DNA of 25,000 nt from Takakia lepidozioides. Taxonomy: Eukaryota > Plantae > Bryophyta. The position numbers and the translations under genes are program-made. The stretch lies in assembly GCA_030704615.1 (NCBI GenBank), contig JAKLZA010000211.1:1-25000 (forward strand). Reading direction: 5' to 3'. Every line of letters begins with the position of its first letter. Within the stretch, counting starts at the first letter, position 1. The notes below the pieces were generated by a model that ran no database searches, was not told where the DNA came from, and was given only the letters and a program-made list of their open reading frames with translations. This document shows, piece after piece, positions 22,870-25,000 of the stretch.

Positions 22870-23190
22870 GGTTCATCCTTTTAACCATTTTTTAATGACC
22901 TCATACTTGTTCGGTACCTATTCGACGGCATGTACAATATACTGGCAAAATTTGTTGAGTGAAGATACCATTGGTTCACCCATTGCAATATTTTAAATCA
23001 AACTCATACTTGTCCGGTACCTTTAAGAGGGCATGTACAATGCAATGGCAAAGTTTGAAAGCAATCAGAAATCGGCACATCAAGTAACCATTGGTTCATC
23101 CTGTGAACCATTTTTTATTGATCTCATATTTATCTGGTCCATGTAAGAGGGCATGTAGAACATACTGGCAAAATTTCAAATCATTCAAAA
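22870..23190. repeat. Three diverged ~105-120-bp tandem units downstream of the RING ORF
   Basis: Recurrent GGTTCA(T/C)CC...CTCATA(C/T)TT...GGCATGTA(C/G)AA...TGGCAAA(A/G)TTT, similar to the unit in 23278-23908 and 24410-24621. Confidence 0.75.
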
Positions 23191-23277
23191 ACTTTTTGAT
23201 CAAGGAACCTTGAGGGGGAAAGATGAACGTGCTAGAAGGTGATAGTACACCTCATTTTCGAGTTTCTTGGTCTTGGT

Positions 23278-23908
23278 CACGCACGTTGCATATGGAGTCA
23301 TTACACGCCCCACTCAAAAACGGAATGAAAAAAAAAAACATGAGCATGCGAAACACAATCCAACAGGTCCCAAAGTAATAGTAGATCCAATGGAATACAT
23401 TCAATGGGTGAACGGATGGTTGCCCATCCAAATCATTTTTGTTTGCTTCCAAACTTTGCCAGTACGTTCGAGACACCCTCTCACGGGTCCCGGACTAATA
23501 TCAAATCAATCGAAATTCATTCGATGGCTCAACAGATGGTTGGCCATCGAAATGATTTTGGTTCGCTTTGAGACTTGGCCATTATGTTCAATGTACCATG
23601 GAAGAGGCCCCAAAGTAATATGAGATCAATTGAAATTCGTTTAATGGGCCAACGGATGATCGAATGAATTTCGATTGAATCTGATAATAGTCGGGGACTT
23701 GTGAGAGGATGTCTCAAACGTACTGGCAAAGTTTGGAAGCAAACAAAAATGATTTGGATGGGAAACCATCCGTACACCCATTGAACGTATTCCGTTGGAT
23801 CTGCTATTACTTTAGGACCTGTTGGACTGCATTTCGCATGCTCATGTTTTTTTTTTTTCATTCCGTTTTTTAGTGGGGCGTGTAATGACTCCATATGCAA
23901 CGTACGTG
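23278..23908. mobile_element. 631-bp fold-back / long-TIR non-autonomous element with ~245-bp arms
   Basis: 23278-~23525 pairs with ~23659-23908; termini CACG(C/T)ACGTTGCATATGGAGTCATTACACGCCCCACT. The spacer is one more ~120-bp unit. No TSD visible. Confidence 0.85.
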
Positions 23909-24409
23909 CCAAATTTGGGAGTGATCAAAATTCATTTGGATCCAAAACCACAGTTTCTTGCATGTTTTGCACTCCAAACTTGATTTGTGTTCTACTTCAT
24001 GCACTCTTCATAGAGAGTTCTGCAATAAAGAGCGAAGAGAACACTTTTTTTTGGGGGCATTTTTGATTGGTCCAAAACATTTGGCGGCAGAGTAGCAGTG
24101 GGATGCTTGAAGCCGCAGAACAAAATTGAGCCAAAAACAAAATCGATACGTGCCAGAAACCCCCAATGAAAGGCAGTGCAAACCTATTTATTGGCTTAAA
24201 AATTAATTTAAATTCAATTACATTCTGGAATGGCTTGGCGTCGATGGGGAGGCAAATGATTTATTCATCTGTTGTGTCGCACACATGTTGAAGCACATGT
24301 GGGCAAAAGAAGGGCTTCAACCACATCCGTTCAATGGGTGCAATAGCCGTGCACGCATTGCAGGATTTTTTTCTTCACAATGAACAAAAACCAGATGACA
24401 ACTAAACGC

Positions 24410-24621
24410 CCGATTGGCCCATCGAACAAATTTCGATTGATCTCATATTACACTGGGACCTATCAGAGGGTACATTGAACACACTGGCCAAGTCTCAAAG
24501 CAAACGAAAATCATTTGAATGGGCAACCGCTCAAACGGATGGTTGGCCATCGATGGTTCGCTTTGAGACTTGGCCAGTATGCTCAATGTACCATGGAAGA
24601 GGCCCCAAAGTAATATGAGAT
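24410..24621. repeat. Further copies of the same unit forming a second inverted repeat (arms ~24440-24506 and ~24556-24621)
   Basis: ATCTCATATTAC...GGTACATTGAACACACTGGCCAAGTCTCAAAGCAAAC pairs with GTTCGCTTTGAGACTTGGCCAGTATGCTCAATGTACC...GTAATATGAGAT; the right arm closely matches 23561-23626. Confidence 0.8.
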
Positions 24622-25000
24622 AAGACGAGTAGGAGTGGTTGGTGTGAACTTATAGACGAGAGCCCAAGTGGAGGCCGCATAGAGTACCATTACTTGAGTC
24701 GATAGAGCATCCCAAGCATTCTCGCATAGAAAGGTTGATCCCATCTTACCATTCACCATTTATGTATGTGATTCATTTATTTTCCAAGCAAAGCTTGAAG
24801 TTGAAAATCTGATTTAGGCTCTTCAAAAGAGGAGAGTGCATTGTGGAATCCCACTATTTCATGTCTAGTACCAATAGAGCCTTGTATTTGAATTGTTTGA
24901 AGAAGGAATCTTTGTGTTTTTGGTTACTAAATTGAAATATAGCCAGCTCTGGAGAAGGAAGGCCATCAAACTGGATCTATGATATAAGGCCACTATAAGG

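Noticed and set aside
10620-23277. One 12.6-kb hAT bounded by 8-bp TSD GTCTTGAT (10620-10627) / GTCTTGGT (23270-23277)
   Set aside because: Only 4 bp (CAAG/CTTG) of terminal complementarity and no hAT subterminal repeats near 23269; probably chance, though worth an empty-site check.
24622-25000. Possible LINE RT C-terminal remnant on the minus strand (AWDALSTQVMVLYAASTW)
   Set aside because: A single weak motif among many stops; needs a profile search and the next window.

Overview
Eukaryotic, transposon-rich land-plant DNA. The PLS-class PPR motif style suggests a moss, fern or other non-seed plant (inference). One apparently intact host gene is present: a 4-exon, 524-aa secreted A1 (nepenthesin-like) aspartic protease at 5356-8322, with both catalytic motifs altered (DTS and DTN instead of D[T/S]G). 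The rest is mostly nested, decayed mobile DNA: (i) the 3' part of a MULE/SWIM transposase with ~74-bp subterminal repeats; (ii) a hAT element with BED finger, DDE core, dimerisation domain and a long disordered tail, bracketed by inverted arrays of hairpin repeats and interrupted by a CACTA-like element and a 247-bp MITE with a 4-bp TSD; (iii) an unclassified element encoding a coiled-coil + RING-H2 protein, split by a ~3.1-kb block of PPR and LINE fragments plus a second MITE copy, whose 3' ~105-120-bp repeats also build a 631-bp fold-back element. No CRISPR, rRNA or complete tRNA is supported. All calls come from reading the sequence and translating by hand; no searches were run.
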